DNA from: Corynebacterium glutamicum ATCC 13032
GTDB lineage: Bacteria; Actinomycetota; Actinomycetes; Mycobacteriales; Mycobacteriaceae
Direction: 5' to 3'
DNA: 32,000 bases
Assembly: GCF_000011325.1 (NCBI RefSeq)
Contig: NC_003450.3
Coordinates: forward strand, 3,120,001 to 3,152,000
The notes beneath the pieces are model-generated. The model saw only the letters and a list, made by a program, of their open reading frames with translations. It did not search any database and had not been told where the DNA came from. Position numbers and translations under genes: made by a program. Of the stretch, positions 1 to 7,491 are shown one piece after another (positions within the stretch are counted from its first letter, which is position 1; each line of letters starts with the position of its first letter).

Positions 1-1
1 C

Positions 2-883
2 GCTGCAGGAATTCCTTTCACCCTGTCCACCCTGGGCACTACCTCCATCGAAGACGTCAAGGCCACCAACCCCAACGGCCGAAACTGGTTCCAGCTCTAC
101 GTCATGCGCGACCGCGAAATCTCCTACGGCCTCGTCGAACGCGCAGCCAAAGCAGGATTCGACACCCTGATGTTCACCGTGGATACCCCCATCGCCGGCT
201 ACCGCATCCGCGATTCCCGCAACGGATTCTCCATCCCGCCACAGCTGACCCCATCCACCGTGCTCAATGCAATCCCACGCCCATGGTGGTGGATCGACTT
301 CCTGACCACCCCAACCCTTGAGTTCGCATCCCTTTCCTCGACCGGCGGAACCGTGGGCGACCTCCTCAACTCCGCGATGGATCCCACCATTTCTTACGAA
401 GACCTCAAGGTCATCCGTGAAATGTGGCCAGGCAAGCTCGTAGTCAAGGGTGTCCAGAACGTTGAAGACTCCGTCAAACTCCTCGACCAAGGCGTCGACG
501 GCCTCATCCTCTCCAACCACGGTGGCCGTCAACTCGACCGCGCACCAGTCCCATTCCACCTCCTGCCACAGGTACGCAAGGAAGTCGGATCTGAACCAAC
601 CATCATGATCGACACCGGCATCATGAACGGCGCCGACATCGTCGCAGCCGTAGCCATGGGCGCTGACTTCACCCTCATCGGTCGTGCCTACCTCTACGGA
701 CTCATGGCCGGAGGCCGCGAAGGCGTCGACCGCACCATCGCCATTCTCCGCAGCGAGATCACCCGCACCATGGCTCTCCTCGGTGTTTCCTCCCTCGAAG
801 AACTCGAGCCACGCCACGTCACCCAGCTGGCCAAGATGGTTCCAGTTTCTGACGCAACTCGTTCTGCAGCGGCGGAGATTTAA
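2..883 (+). CDS. lldD: FMN-dependent alpha-hydroxy-acid (L-lactate) dehydrogenase, C-terminal 293 codons; the 5' end lies outside the window
   Basis: Frame 2 is open from nt 2 ([39 protein letters not shown]...) and runs into the listed 104..883 ORF. It carries family-typical motifs of the LldD/glycolate oxidase TIM barrel ([25 protein letters not shown]). The TAA stop at 881-883 is followed by a hairpin terminator. Confidence 0.85.
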   Translation, partial: AAGIPFTLSTLGTTSIEDVKATNPNGRNWFQLYVMRDREISYGLVERAAKAGFDTLMFTVDTPIAGYRIRDSRNGFSIPPQLTPSTVLNAIPRPWWWIDFLTTPTLEFASLSSTGGTVGDLLNSAMDPTISYEDLKVIREMWPGKLVVKGVQNVEDSVKLLDQGVDGLILSNHGGRQLDRAPVPFHLLPQVRKEVGSEPTIMIDTGIMNGADIVAAVAMGADFTLIGRAYLYGLMAGGREGVDRTIAILRSEITRTMALLGVSSLEELEPRHVTQLAKMVPVSDATRSAAAEI

Positions 884-906
884 AAGTTTCTCTCCTTAGC
901 TATTAA

Positions 907-946
907 AAGGTGCCCATCCGTTTGGATGGGCACCTTCTCGTTTCTT
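907..946 (+). terminator. Rho-independent terminator of lldD
   Basis: Perfect 13-bp stem (aaggtgcccatcc 907-919 / ggatgggcacctt 924-936) with a 4-nt loop, followed by the T-rich tail ctcgtttctt. Confidence 0.75.
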
Positions 947-973
947 GCAATCGGCATATTCAGTCAAAAAATG

Positions 974-992
974 TTGAAATCAGCACTTTCAA
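974..992. promoter_or_regulatory. Inverted repeat TTGAAA-N7-TTTCAA upstream of the toxin-antitoxin pair (candidate antitoxin operator)
   Basis: 6-bp perfect dyad about 90 nt upstream of the toxin ATG, in AT-rich sequence. TA operons are usually autoregulated through such dyads. There is no further support. Confidence 0.3.
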
Positions 993-1080
993 TTTGGGAC
1001 ATCTACTCTTAGGAGAAAAGCCACAAACCTTTCCCACCCCACAACCGTGTGTTCTGCAGTCGACCCAGTTTAGAGGAAAC

Positions 1081-1516
1081 ATGAGTGACTTCACGGAAAA
1101 TACTTGGACTGTCCACTACGACGAAGATGGTGATTTCCCAAAATTCTTCAACTCTCTAAAGGAACACGAGCGCGCTGCAGTTATCTTGACCATCGAAAAT
1201 ATTCTAACTCCTCTAGGCATTAACATTTGCCAGACTGAATGGGGAAAAGCGCTGGGCCAGGGCCTTTACGAAATTAGGATTAGACATACCGTAAAAAAAT
1301 CTCAAGAACCTCACTAGAAATTCAGGCTCAGAACTAGCCCTCAACGCTGGAGAAAACTCACCGGTGTTGCTTCGGGTATTTTGTACTTTTCATGGAAAGA
1401 AGATTGTCTTGCTACTCGGCGGATATAACAAACAGCGAGACTCTTCAAAGAAGCGCCAAGAAACTGAAATTAAGCGAGCCCGAAAAGTCCTCAAAGCATG
1501 GAAAGCCAAACAGTGA
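1081..1516 (+). pseudogene. HigB/Gp49-like (RelE superfamily, DUF891-type) toxin gene interrupted by a frameshift in an A7 run
   Basis: ATG at 1081 is preceded by the GAGGAA RBS. Frame 1 gives MSDFTENTWTVHYDEDGDFPKFF...GQGLYEIRIRHTVKK and stops at 1315-1317. Frame 2 is open from 1295 and encodes ...ENSPVLLRVFCTFHGKKIVLLLGGYNKQRDSSKKRQETEIKRARKVLKAWKAKQ*, with its stop at 1514-1516; this is the typical C-terminal half of this toxin family. Removing one A from aaaaaaa (1293-1299) joins both halves into a ~144-aa protein. Confidence 0.7.
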
Positions 1517-1598
1517 CCATTGATAGAATATGTGTCAAAACATATATTTGGATTTGTGCTTTTACTTGTCTCGCGAATTGGCAATAGGAGTCAGCAAC

Positions 1599-1913
1599 AT
1601 GTCATTAAAGAGTTTTAGTTCTCTAGCACAATCAGAGAAGTCAACATGGAGTAAAGAAGCTAAGCAAGATTACGAGGACGCTTCCGCGCTAATCACTCAA
1701 GAACTCGCCTCACGAAAAGCTCTTGGCCAAAAACTAGTCAAGGCTCGGAAACAACGAGGAGTCACCCAAGTTCAACTTGCTGAAGCTTCTGGAGTCCAAC
1801 AGGCAGAAATAAGCAAGATTGAACGTGGCCTCGCCAATCCCACTTTTTCCACACTTGAAAGCCTCGCATCCCACCTAGGACTTCAATTCACTTTTACAGA
1901 ATCAGCCGCATAG
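1599..1913 (+). CDS. XRE-family helix-turn-helix protein, HigA-like antitoxin (104 aa)
   Basis: ATG at 1599 lies 8 nt after AGGAG (1586-1590). The HTH_3/XRE signature is LGQKLVKARKQRGVTQVQLAEASGVQQAEISKIERGLANPTFSTLESLASHLGL. It sits directly downstream of the toxin relic, in the toxin-first order of higBA modules. Confidence 0.8.
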   Translation: MSLKSFSSLAQSEKSTWSKEAKQDYEDASALITQELASRKALGQKLVKARKQRGVTQVQLAEASGVQQAEISKIERGLANPTFSTLESLASHLGLQFTFTESAA

Positions 1914-1933
1914 CATCCAACCCTTAATAAATA

Positions 1934-1986
1934 ACTCCAAAAGTTGGGGCACCAATTATTGAATAATTGGTGCCCCACTTTTTGGA
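1934..1986. terminator. Bidirectional hairpin terminator between convergent genes
   Basis: Perfect 16-bp arms (tggggcaccaattatt 1945-1960 / aataattggtgcccca 1962-1977) are flanked by an A-run (1939-1942) on one side and a T-run (1979-1983) on the other. Confidence 0.7.
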
Positions 1987-1989
1987 CTT

Positions 1990-2452
1990 TTATTCAGTTC
2001 GATCAGACGCTAACTCTGATTTTTCAGAAGGCCCTTGGACCTTCTCTCGGATCTCCTCTTGAATCCCTAGTTTTTTTGACATCGGTTCACCCAACATGGT
2101 GGAACGCTCTGCTTCTGGGACAAGTGCCACTCGCCCAGCTGCGACATCGTCTCGGAAAATTCCCCCGAATGTATTCGCCTCTGATGGTCGACGTAGAAAT
2201 TGGGGGAGGCAGAGGCGCCTCAGCGCTAGCTTTGTTAGTAAACCCCACTGGATACTCCTCAGGAAACATATGTGCCAAAGCCCAAGCAGTATTAGAGGAA
2301 TATCCTGTCCGAAACACCTCTTGTGGGCGCTTGCCTCTTTCTAAATGAAGAAGCTGAGCAGCATCAAAAGGAATCAAATCCTTCAGCAACGAGAAGGCCG
2401 ACTCAAAATCTCGAGGCACAATACCCCTTGGAAATAATTGAACAAGACCACT
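1990..2452 (-). pseudogene. Decayed gene of unknown function (frameshifted, probably 5'-truncated)
   Basis: The listed ORF 2087..2419 (GTG start) is open upstream to 2452 without a convincing start. A second frame continues from about nt 2165 (...FGGIFRDDVAAGRVALVPEAERSTMLGEPMSKKLGIQEEIREKVQGPSEKSELASDRTE*) to a TAA at 1990-1992, which sits right at the bidirectional terminator. The two frames can be joined at a G5/C5 run (~2158-2166). I recognised no family. Confidence 0.3.
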
Positions 2453-2503
2453 TTATATTCCCAATACTAATTAGTTTTCTGCCGACCAGGCCCTACCAAT
2501 TGC

Positions 2504-2540
2504 AAAAGCACCCACATTCGCAATGAACGCGGGTGCTTGA
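2504..2540 (-). terminator. Putative terminator of the phosphoesterase gene
   Basis: On the minus strand, stem aagcaccc / gggtgctt (2506-2513 / 2531-2538) with an internally paired loop (catt/aatg), then a U-run (complement of aaaa 2504-2507). Confidence 0.55.
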
Positions 2541-2553
2541 ATCTCAGACAGTA

Positions 2554-4173
2554 TTAGAAAGGCATCTTCACGCCGAGGTTGGCAAAGAACTCAGCGAGGG
2601 AGCCGCCGCCAACAAAGAGTCCACCGACGAAACCGAAGATGGCCAGAACTGGAGCCAAGATAGCAGCTAGACCAAGGTTGGAGGAGCCGGTCGCGTTGTC
2701 TCCGTCCTTGTCATCTTCAACTGGGACTTCAGATTCTTCGTCGCGGTCCTGCTTGCTCAGGGTGAACTGGTCAACCAGCTCGCCGGAGACTGCGTCCTTA
2801 GTGGTCACAGTCAGGCCTTCTGGGGTCAGTTCAACGTTGGTGTAGTCCTGAACCTGGTCCTGGTTCCAGACTGCGGTGTAGGTGCGGATCTTCTTCTGAT
2901 CGACGGTTTCCTGGAAATCCAGTCCGGTGTCGTAACGCTGGCCGAGCTGGAAGTCGTAGAAGTCGTAGAACTTGGAGCCTGAGGAAGAGTTGGTTGCAAG
3001 GTAAACAACTTCGCCGGCCTTAGGGTTCAGAGTTTCACCGACAACTGCTTCGCGGCCTGCATCGACTGGGGTGAAGCCGTTCATCAGGTGGGAGCGGGTG
3101 TAGATGTGGTCGTGTCCACCGAGAACCAAGTCAACGTTCAGTTCAGAGATCACTGGGGTGAGGCGTTCGCGCTGGTACTTAATGCGAGCGTCATCCATGT
3201 GGTAGGCCTGGGAGAAAGTGGAATGGTGGTAGGTCAGGACGATCCAGTCCTTGTCGTCACCGTGTGCTGCGACGGTGTCGCGAAGGAATGCGATGTCGTC
3301 GTCGATGTCCAAGTAGTCGTTGGAGTCCAGGGACAGGAAGAGTGCATTGTTGTACTCGAAGAAGTAGTTCTCATCGACCTGGTTAGGGCGTGGGTACATC
3401 GCGTTGTAGGCGTCGTAGTTGTACTGGTCGTGGTTTCCATTGTTCACGGCCAGACGGTAGTTGCGCAGGGTTTCTGGGGAGATGTATGCGGAGTGCTCGT
3501 CCCAGCTGGAGTGGTTTGCCTGATCACCCGCGGAGAGGATGAAGGAGGTTCCTGGGTTTTCGATGGTGGCGCGTTCCAGGTTGTTTGCCCAGTTCTGGAC
3601 TTCTTCTGCACGGTTGGAGTGGGTGTTGTACAGCTGGGTGTCGCCGAAGAAGAGGAAGTTCCAGTTGTCACCGTAGGTGCCGGTGTTGAAGGTTTGCACT
3701 TCGGACCAGCCGTCAGCTTCGGAGCCGACGCGGTAGGAGTAGGTGGTGTTTTCTGCGAGGCTATCTACGGTTGCGCGGTTGACTGCGCCATCGCGGTATT
3801 CAACGTATTCACCTTCAGCTCGGTCGCGGGAATCGCCTTCGGTGTTCACGATGCTGACGTTTTCAGAAACTGCATCAACGGTGATTGGGGATGCGAAGGT
3901 ATCGTCCAGGGAGATCTGTGCAACCTGGCCGGTTAGGCCCTGCGCGGTGATCCAGTTGAAAATGAGCTCGGACTGGGTCGCTCCAACGCCGAGAACTACG
4001 TCGTGTGGAACTGCGGTGAATGGTGCATCGCGTTCGACGCCGGAATCGAATCCGACGGAGGGTGCCGTAGCAACGGTTACAGCTTCATCGGCGATTGCTG
4101 GGGTGAGGGAAAAACCAAGGGAAGCTGCGGTGATGCTTGCGGTGAGCATCATACGGAAACGGCGTGAAGCCAT
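2554..4173 (-). CDS. Secreted, C-terminally membrane-anchored metallophosphoesterase (purple-acid-phosphatase-like)
   Basis: 539-aa ORF with an AGGAG RBS 7 nt upstream. The signal peptide is MASRRFRMMLTASITAASLGFSLTPAIADE. Calcineurin-like phosphoesterase motifs occur in order: GDTQ, GDQANH, GNHD, GGHDH. The C-terminus has a hydrophobic helix, LGLAAILAPVLAIFGFVGGLFVGG. Confidence 0.85.
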   Translation of the reverse strand: MASRRFRMMLTASITAASLGFSLTPAIADEAVTVATAPSVGFDSGVERDAPFTAVPHDVVLGVGATQSELIFNWITAQGLTGQVAQISLDDTFASPITVDAVSENVSIVNTEGDSRDRAEGEYVEYRDGAVNRATVDSLAENTTYSYRVGSEADGWSEVQTFNTGTYGDNWNFLFFGDTQLYNTHSNRAEEVQNWANNLERATIENPGTSFILSAGDQANHSSWDEHSAYISPETLRNYRLAVNNGNHDQYNYDAYNAMYPRPNQVDENYFFEYNNALFLSLDSNDYLDIDDDIAFLRDTVAAHGDDKDWIVLTYHHSTFSQAYHMDDARIKYQRERLTPVISELNVDLVLGGHDHIYTRSHLMNGFTPVDAGREAVVGETLNPKAGEVVYLATNSSSGSKFYDFYDFQLGQRYDTGLDFQETVDQKKIRTYTAVWNQDQVQDYTNVELTPEGLTVTTKDAVSGELVDQFTLSKQDRDEESEVPVEDDKDGDNATGSSNLGLAAILAPVLAIFGFVGGLFVGGGSLAEFFANLGVKMPF

Positions 4174-4338
4174 GGGAGAACTCCTAGGGAGAGATTAAGT
4201 TAGATTAGTACGACCAAGTGGAGGTTATTAGTTATCTGTCAAAATCTCTCAAGTAGGCTGCGAAGTCCCTTAAGCCACCTCGTCATTTAATCCGAGCGCC
4301 TAATAGTGTTCACTCTCTAGACATGAAACGGGGGTGGC

Positions 4339-4887
4339 TTAATTACGTTCCTTCTCCCGGATCAGATCTAGCGCGACCATGCCTCCAATGATGACTTTTC
4401 TGATTTCATCAGGGGCTTCTTCATCGAAAATAAGGGCGTAGGTGCTTCGGCCTAGGTATCCGTTGCCAGCGCCGGACCATTTTCGGGTTACTTTCGCAGG
4501 AATCCGATCGCCCATGCGGAACTCAAATTCAAATCCAAGGAAGTTACCGTGCATTTCAATAACGCGGTCACCTGGTAGTTCGATGTCCATCCGCTTGTTG
4601 AAGAAGGTGAAACGCTTCCGCACATGAGCAATGGGATTGCCATTTGGATCATCAATTTCATAGGTGTCGCGAACAAAGTTCATGGGATCGCGCACCTGCA
4701 TCAATGGGGTGCCGAAGGCGTCTTCCAGTGTGAATCTGCGGTCGCCCTTGACCAGCCGAGAGCCCAACGACCCTTCAGTTTTGATTCTGATAACAACTTC
4801 GCCGTCTGGATTGTAGATCTCAAAGTTGTTAGACAGGAAGGAAGAGGTCTGCTGGACAATCAACGTGTCCGAAAGAAAAGGATTCAT
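4339..4887 (-). CDS. LURP-one-related / Tubby-C-like (DUF567) family protein
   Basis: 182-aa ORF. Its N-terminal pattern (LIVQQTSSFLSNNFEIYNPDGEVVIRIK) and repeated beta-strand periodicity resemble the LOR/DUF567 family. This is assigned from memory of the family, not from a search. Confidence 0.65.
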   Translation of the reverse strand: MNPFLSDTLIVQQTSSFLSNNFEIYNPDGEVVIRIKTEGSLGSRLVKGDRRFTLEDAFGTPLMQVRDPMNFVRDTYEIDDPNGNPIAHVRKRFTFFNKRMDIELPGDRVIEMHGNFLGFEFEFRMGDRIPAKVTRKWSGAGNGYLGRSTYALIFDEEAPDEIRKVIIGGMVALDLIREKERN

Positions 4888-4894
4888 TAGCCAA

Positions 4895-5442
4895 TTATTT
4901 TACTAGCCACGCAGAAGCAGCTACAACCAGCGCTTCCACACCACGATCAAGAGTTGGCTGCATATCTGGCGCGAACGCTGGAGAGTGATTTCCCGGCGCG
5001 TTGTCCTGATCCGCCATCATCCTCGCACCAGCTGCCGTCTCTTCCGCTGGCTGGAAAACGGCCATCAACGTTCCGTTCCACAATTCCCGATGAGAATTGA
5101 ACGCCTGCACCGCACCCAACAGTGATGAAATATGCACATCGTGGCCACAGGTATGCGCCACCGGAGTTTCTTGACCGGTGGTGTTATCCACCTGTGTCAC
5201 TCCGGTTGCTGCGTATTCTTTGCCGGATCGCTCCGCCATGGGCAACGCATCAATGTCGCCACGAAGCGCAACAACCGGACCTTCCCCATTGCTGATCACC
5301 GCGACAACACCGGTGTCACCAATGCGTTGGATGTTTCGAACTCTTGCAAAGACAACTGCGGGTGCTGATGGAAGAACTAGTACAGTTCTTCGCGGTAGCT
5401 ACGCGTGTTGTCCAGGTCGGAAAGAAGCGCGACGATAGTCAT
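4895..5442 (-). pseudogene. Relic of an M20-family amidohydrolase (hippurate hydrolase / N-acyl-amino-acid amidohydrolase type)
   Basis: From ATG 5442 the reading is MTIVALLSDLDNTRSYREELY, then TAG (5377-5379), then FFHQHPQLSLQEFETSNA. A frame change follows into ...IGDTGVVAVISNGEGPVVALRGDIDALPM...HTCGHDVH...FQPAEETAAGARMMA. That sequence is joined directly to the extreme C-terminal motif NHSPAFAPD...L.RG. The ~200-residue central/dimerisation part of the family is therefore missing. Confidence 0.75.
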
Positions 5443-5492
5443 GCCTCAGGCGTAATCCGAGGTGGAGGGATGCGTCGAAAAGCAAAAATCTT

Positions 5493-6146
5493 TTAAGCTT
5501 CTACCCCGCACGGGATGCCCGTGGAGTGATGAGGGCAGTAGCCATCGGGATTCTTGTCCAGGTATTGCTGGTGGTAATCCTCGGCGAGGAAGTAGTCAGA
5601 CGGGCTAATGACACCGATTTCCGTGGTGATTTCACCAAAACCGTGCTGCTTCAGCGTCTCACCATAGGCATCGACCACGGCTTTTACGCGCGCAGCGTCC
5701 TCTTCGTTCTCGGTGTAATAAGCAGAGCGGTACTGCGTTCCCACATCGTTACCCTGGCGGAAACCCTGAGTCGGATCGTGTGCTTCCAGGCCGCGGGCAA
5801 CAAGCTGCTCGAGGGAAATCTTCGAAGGATCGTAAACAACCTCCACGATTTCAGTGTGGCCGGTGCGCCCAGAACACACCTCGCGATAAGTGGGATTAGG
5901 GGTGAAACCGCCGGCGTAACCAACCGAAGTTCCCTCAACGCCATCCATCTGCCAATACATTTGCTCCACACCCCAGAAACAACCAAGGCCAATCCAAATT
6001 CGCTGCTGGCCTTCTTTCCACGGACCAGTCACAGGAGTTCCCAACACAGTGTGCGGCGCAGGATTTTCTAAAACAGGATGCCTGCCACCTTTAAGCGCCT
6101 CATCAGCGGTAACCATCACGGGTTCGGGTGCGAAAAACCATGCCAT
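5493..6146 (-). CDS. msrA: Peptide-methionine (S)-S-oxide reductase
   Basis: 217-aa ORF with the catalytic GCFWGVE motif and typical MsrA sequence throughout (YAGGFTPNPTYREVCSGRTGHTEIVEVVYDP). Confidence 0.95.
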   Translation of the reverse strand: MAWFFAPEPVMVTADEALKGGRHPVLENPAPHTVLGTPVTGPWKEGQQRIWIGLGCFWGVEQMYWQMDGVEGTSVGYAGGFTPNPTYREVCSGRTGHTEIVEVVYDPSKISLEQLVARGLEAHDPTQGFRQGNDVGTQYRSAYYTENEEDAARVKAVVDAYGETLKQHGFGEITTEIGVISPSDYFLAEDYHQQYLDKNPDGYCPHHSTGIPCGVEA

Positions 6147-6392
6147 AACAGGAATGTTCCTTTCGAAAATTGAGGAAGCCTTATGCCCTTCAACCCTACT
6201 TAGCTGCCAATTATTCCGGGCTTGTGACCCGCTACCCGATAAATAGGTCGGCTGAAAAATTTCGTTGCAATATCAACAAAAAGGCCTATCATTGGGAGGT
6301 GTCGCACCAAGTACTTTTGCGAAGCGCCATCTGACGGATTTTCAAAAGATGTATATGCTCGGTGCGGAAACCTACGAAAGGATTTTTTACCC

Positions 6393-6995
6393 ATGGCTGT
6401 ATACGAACTCCCAGAACTCGACTACGCATACGACGCTCTCGAGCCACACATCGCCGCTGAAATCATGGAGCTTCACCACTCCAAGCACCACGCAACCTAC
6501 GTTGCAGGCGCAAATGCAGCACTCGAGGCACTAGAGAAGGCACGCGAAGAGGGCACCAACCCTGACCAGATCCGCGCACTGTCCAAGAACCTTGCATTCA
6601 ACCTCGGTGGACACACCAACCACTCCGTTTTCTGGAAGAACCTCTCCCCTAACGGTGGTGGCGAGCCTACCGGCGAACTGGCTGAGGCTATCAACCGCGA
6701 CTTCGGTTCTTTCGCTAAGTTCCAGGATCACTTCAACTCCGCAGCACTCGGCCTGCAGGGCTCCGGCTGGGCAGTTCTCGGCTACGACCACATCTCCGGT
6801 CGCCTGGTTATCGAGCAGCTCACCGACCAGCAGGGCAACATCTCCGTCGACATCACCCCAGTTCTGATGCTCGATATGTGGGAGCACGCTTTCTACCTGC
6901 AGTACAAGAACGTTAAGGCAGATTACGTCAAGGCTGTTTGGAACGTCTTCAACTGGGACGACGCAGCAGCACGCTTCGCAGCAGCTTCCAAGTAA
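6393..6995 (+). CDS. sodA: Mn-type superoxide dismutase
   Basis: 200-aa ORF with a GAAAGGA RBS upstream. It has Fe/Mn-SOD signatures ([35 protein letters not shown]). I recognise the sequence as Corynebacterium glutamicum-type SodA. Confidence 0.97.
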   Translation: MAVYELPELDYAYDALEPHIAAEIMELHHSKHHATYVAGANAALEALEKAREEGTNPDQIRALSKNLAFNLGGHTNHSVFWKNLSPNGGGEPTGELAEAINRDFGSFAKFQDHFNSAALGLQGSGWAVLGYDHISGRLVIEQLTDQQGNISVDITPVLMLDMWEHAFYLQYKNVKADYVKAVWNVFNWDDAAARFAAASK

Positions 6996-7015
6996 GCATT
7001 TTTAGTACGTGCAAT

Positions 7016-7047
7016 AACCACTCTGGTTTTTCCAGGGTGGTTTTTTG
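7016..7047 (+). terminator. Rho-independent terminator of sodA
   Basis: 11-bp stem (aaccactctgg 7016-7026 / ccagggtggtt 7032-7042, one G-U pair), loop ttttt, then a T6 run. Confidence 0.8.
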
Positions 7048-7082
7048 ATGCCCTTTTTGGAGTCTTCAACTGGGTAGCGTTA

Positions 7083-7127
7083 GGATTCACCATTTCCGGC
7101 GGGCATCCGGCGAAAAATGGTGAATCC
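7083..7127. repeat. 13-bp perfect inverted repeat (GGATTCACCATTT ... AAATGGTGAATCC) with a 19-nt spacer
   Basis: Arms at 7083-7095 and 7115-7127. The spacer contains a direct duplication of ccggcg. It lies inside a ~500-bp stretch without a convincing gene. Confidence 0.6.
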
Positions 7128-7491
7128 ACACACTGTTGCCGGGCAGTAAGTACTTTTCGCCGATCCCGATCGCTAGGCCAGCTGTGGCAAGCCCCGGGTT
7201 GCAAATTTTCGTCCCCGGCCAGAGCGAAATCGCCAATTCCCGATCGAAAATTCGCGCCAATCCATAGAGATCATGCAAAAACTCGTTCGATTTCCAGGCT
7301 TCCCAAGCGATCCGTGACGAGAAGTTTAACAGCAATCTTGCAGCAAGCCTCCAGGATTAACACCAACCCCCATGGCCACAAAAACACCAGCCCCAGAATC
7401 GCCCCTAGGGGCCCCTAACGCACAATCTGGACCAACTCCTAGTCATCGGGAAAACTCAACCCCTTAAAACGGCACCCACGACACTTACAGC

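Noticed and set aside
2554-2700. Possible sortase sorting signal at the C-terminus of the phosphoesterase (…GDNATGSS + hydrophobic helix), given the class E sortase in the window
   Set aside because: The motif is DNATG, not LAxTG/LPxTG. The hydrophobic segment is followed by a 16-residue non-basic tail rather than a short positively charged one. It is more simply a C-terminal membrane anchor.
3088-3936. 282-aa Val/Gly-rich ORF, plus several other ORFs at 2579-4198, antisense to the phosphoesterase gene
   Set aside because: They have low-complexity composition (runs of V, G and T) typical of the mirror frame of a GC3-rich gene. There is no RBS or recognisable domain. The sense-strand protein has a full set of catalytic motifs.
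4270-4342. 10-bp inverted repeat ttaagccacc ... ggtggcttaa downstream of the LURP-like gene
   Set aside because: The ~55-nt loop and absence of a U-tract make a canonical terminator unlikely, and one arm overlaps the stop codon. It is not distinctive enough to call.
5371-5391. Palindrome containing an ACTAGT (SpeI) site and a stop codon, which could look like an engineered scar
   Set aside because: No vector-like or FRT/lox-type sequence surrounds it, and the gene carries other independent natural lesions. It is most simply a chance palindrome in a decaying gene.
7087-7335. 82-aa ORF (and the overlapping 93-aa ORF 6923..7204) in the sodA-LysR gap
   Set aside because: No RBS, no recognisable family, they overlap each other, and one runs through the sodA terminator. 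They are kept only as a possibility under the finding on this gap.
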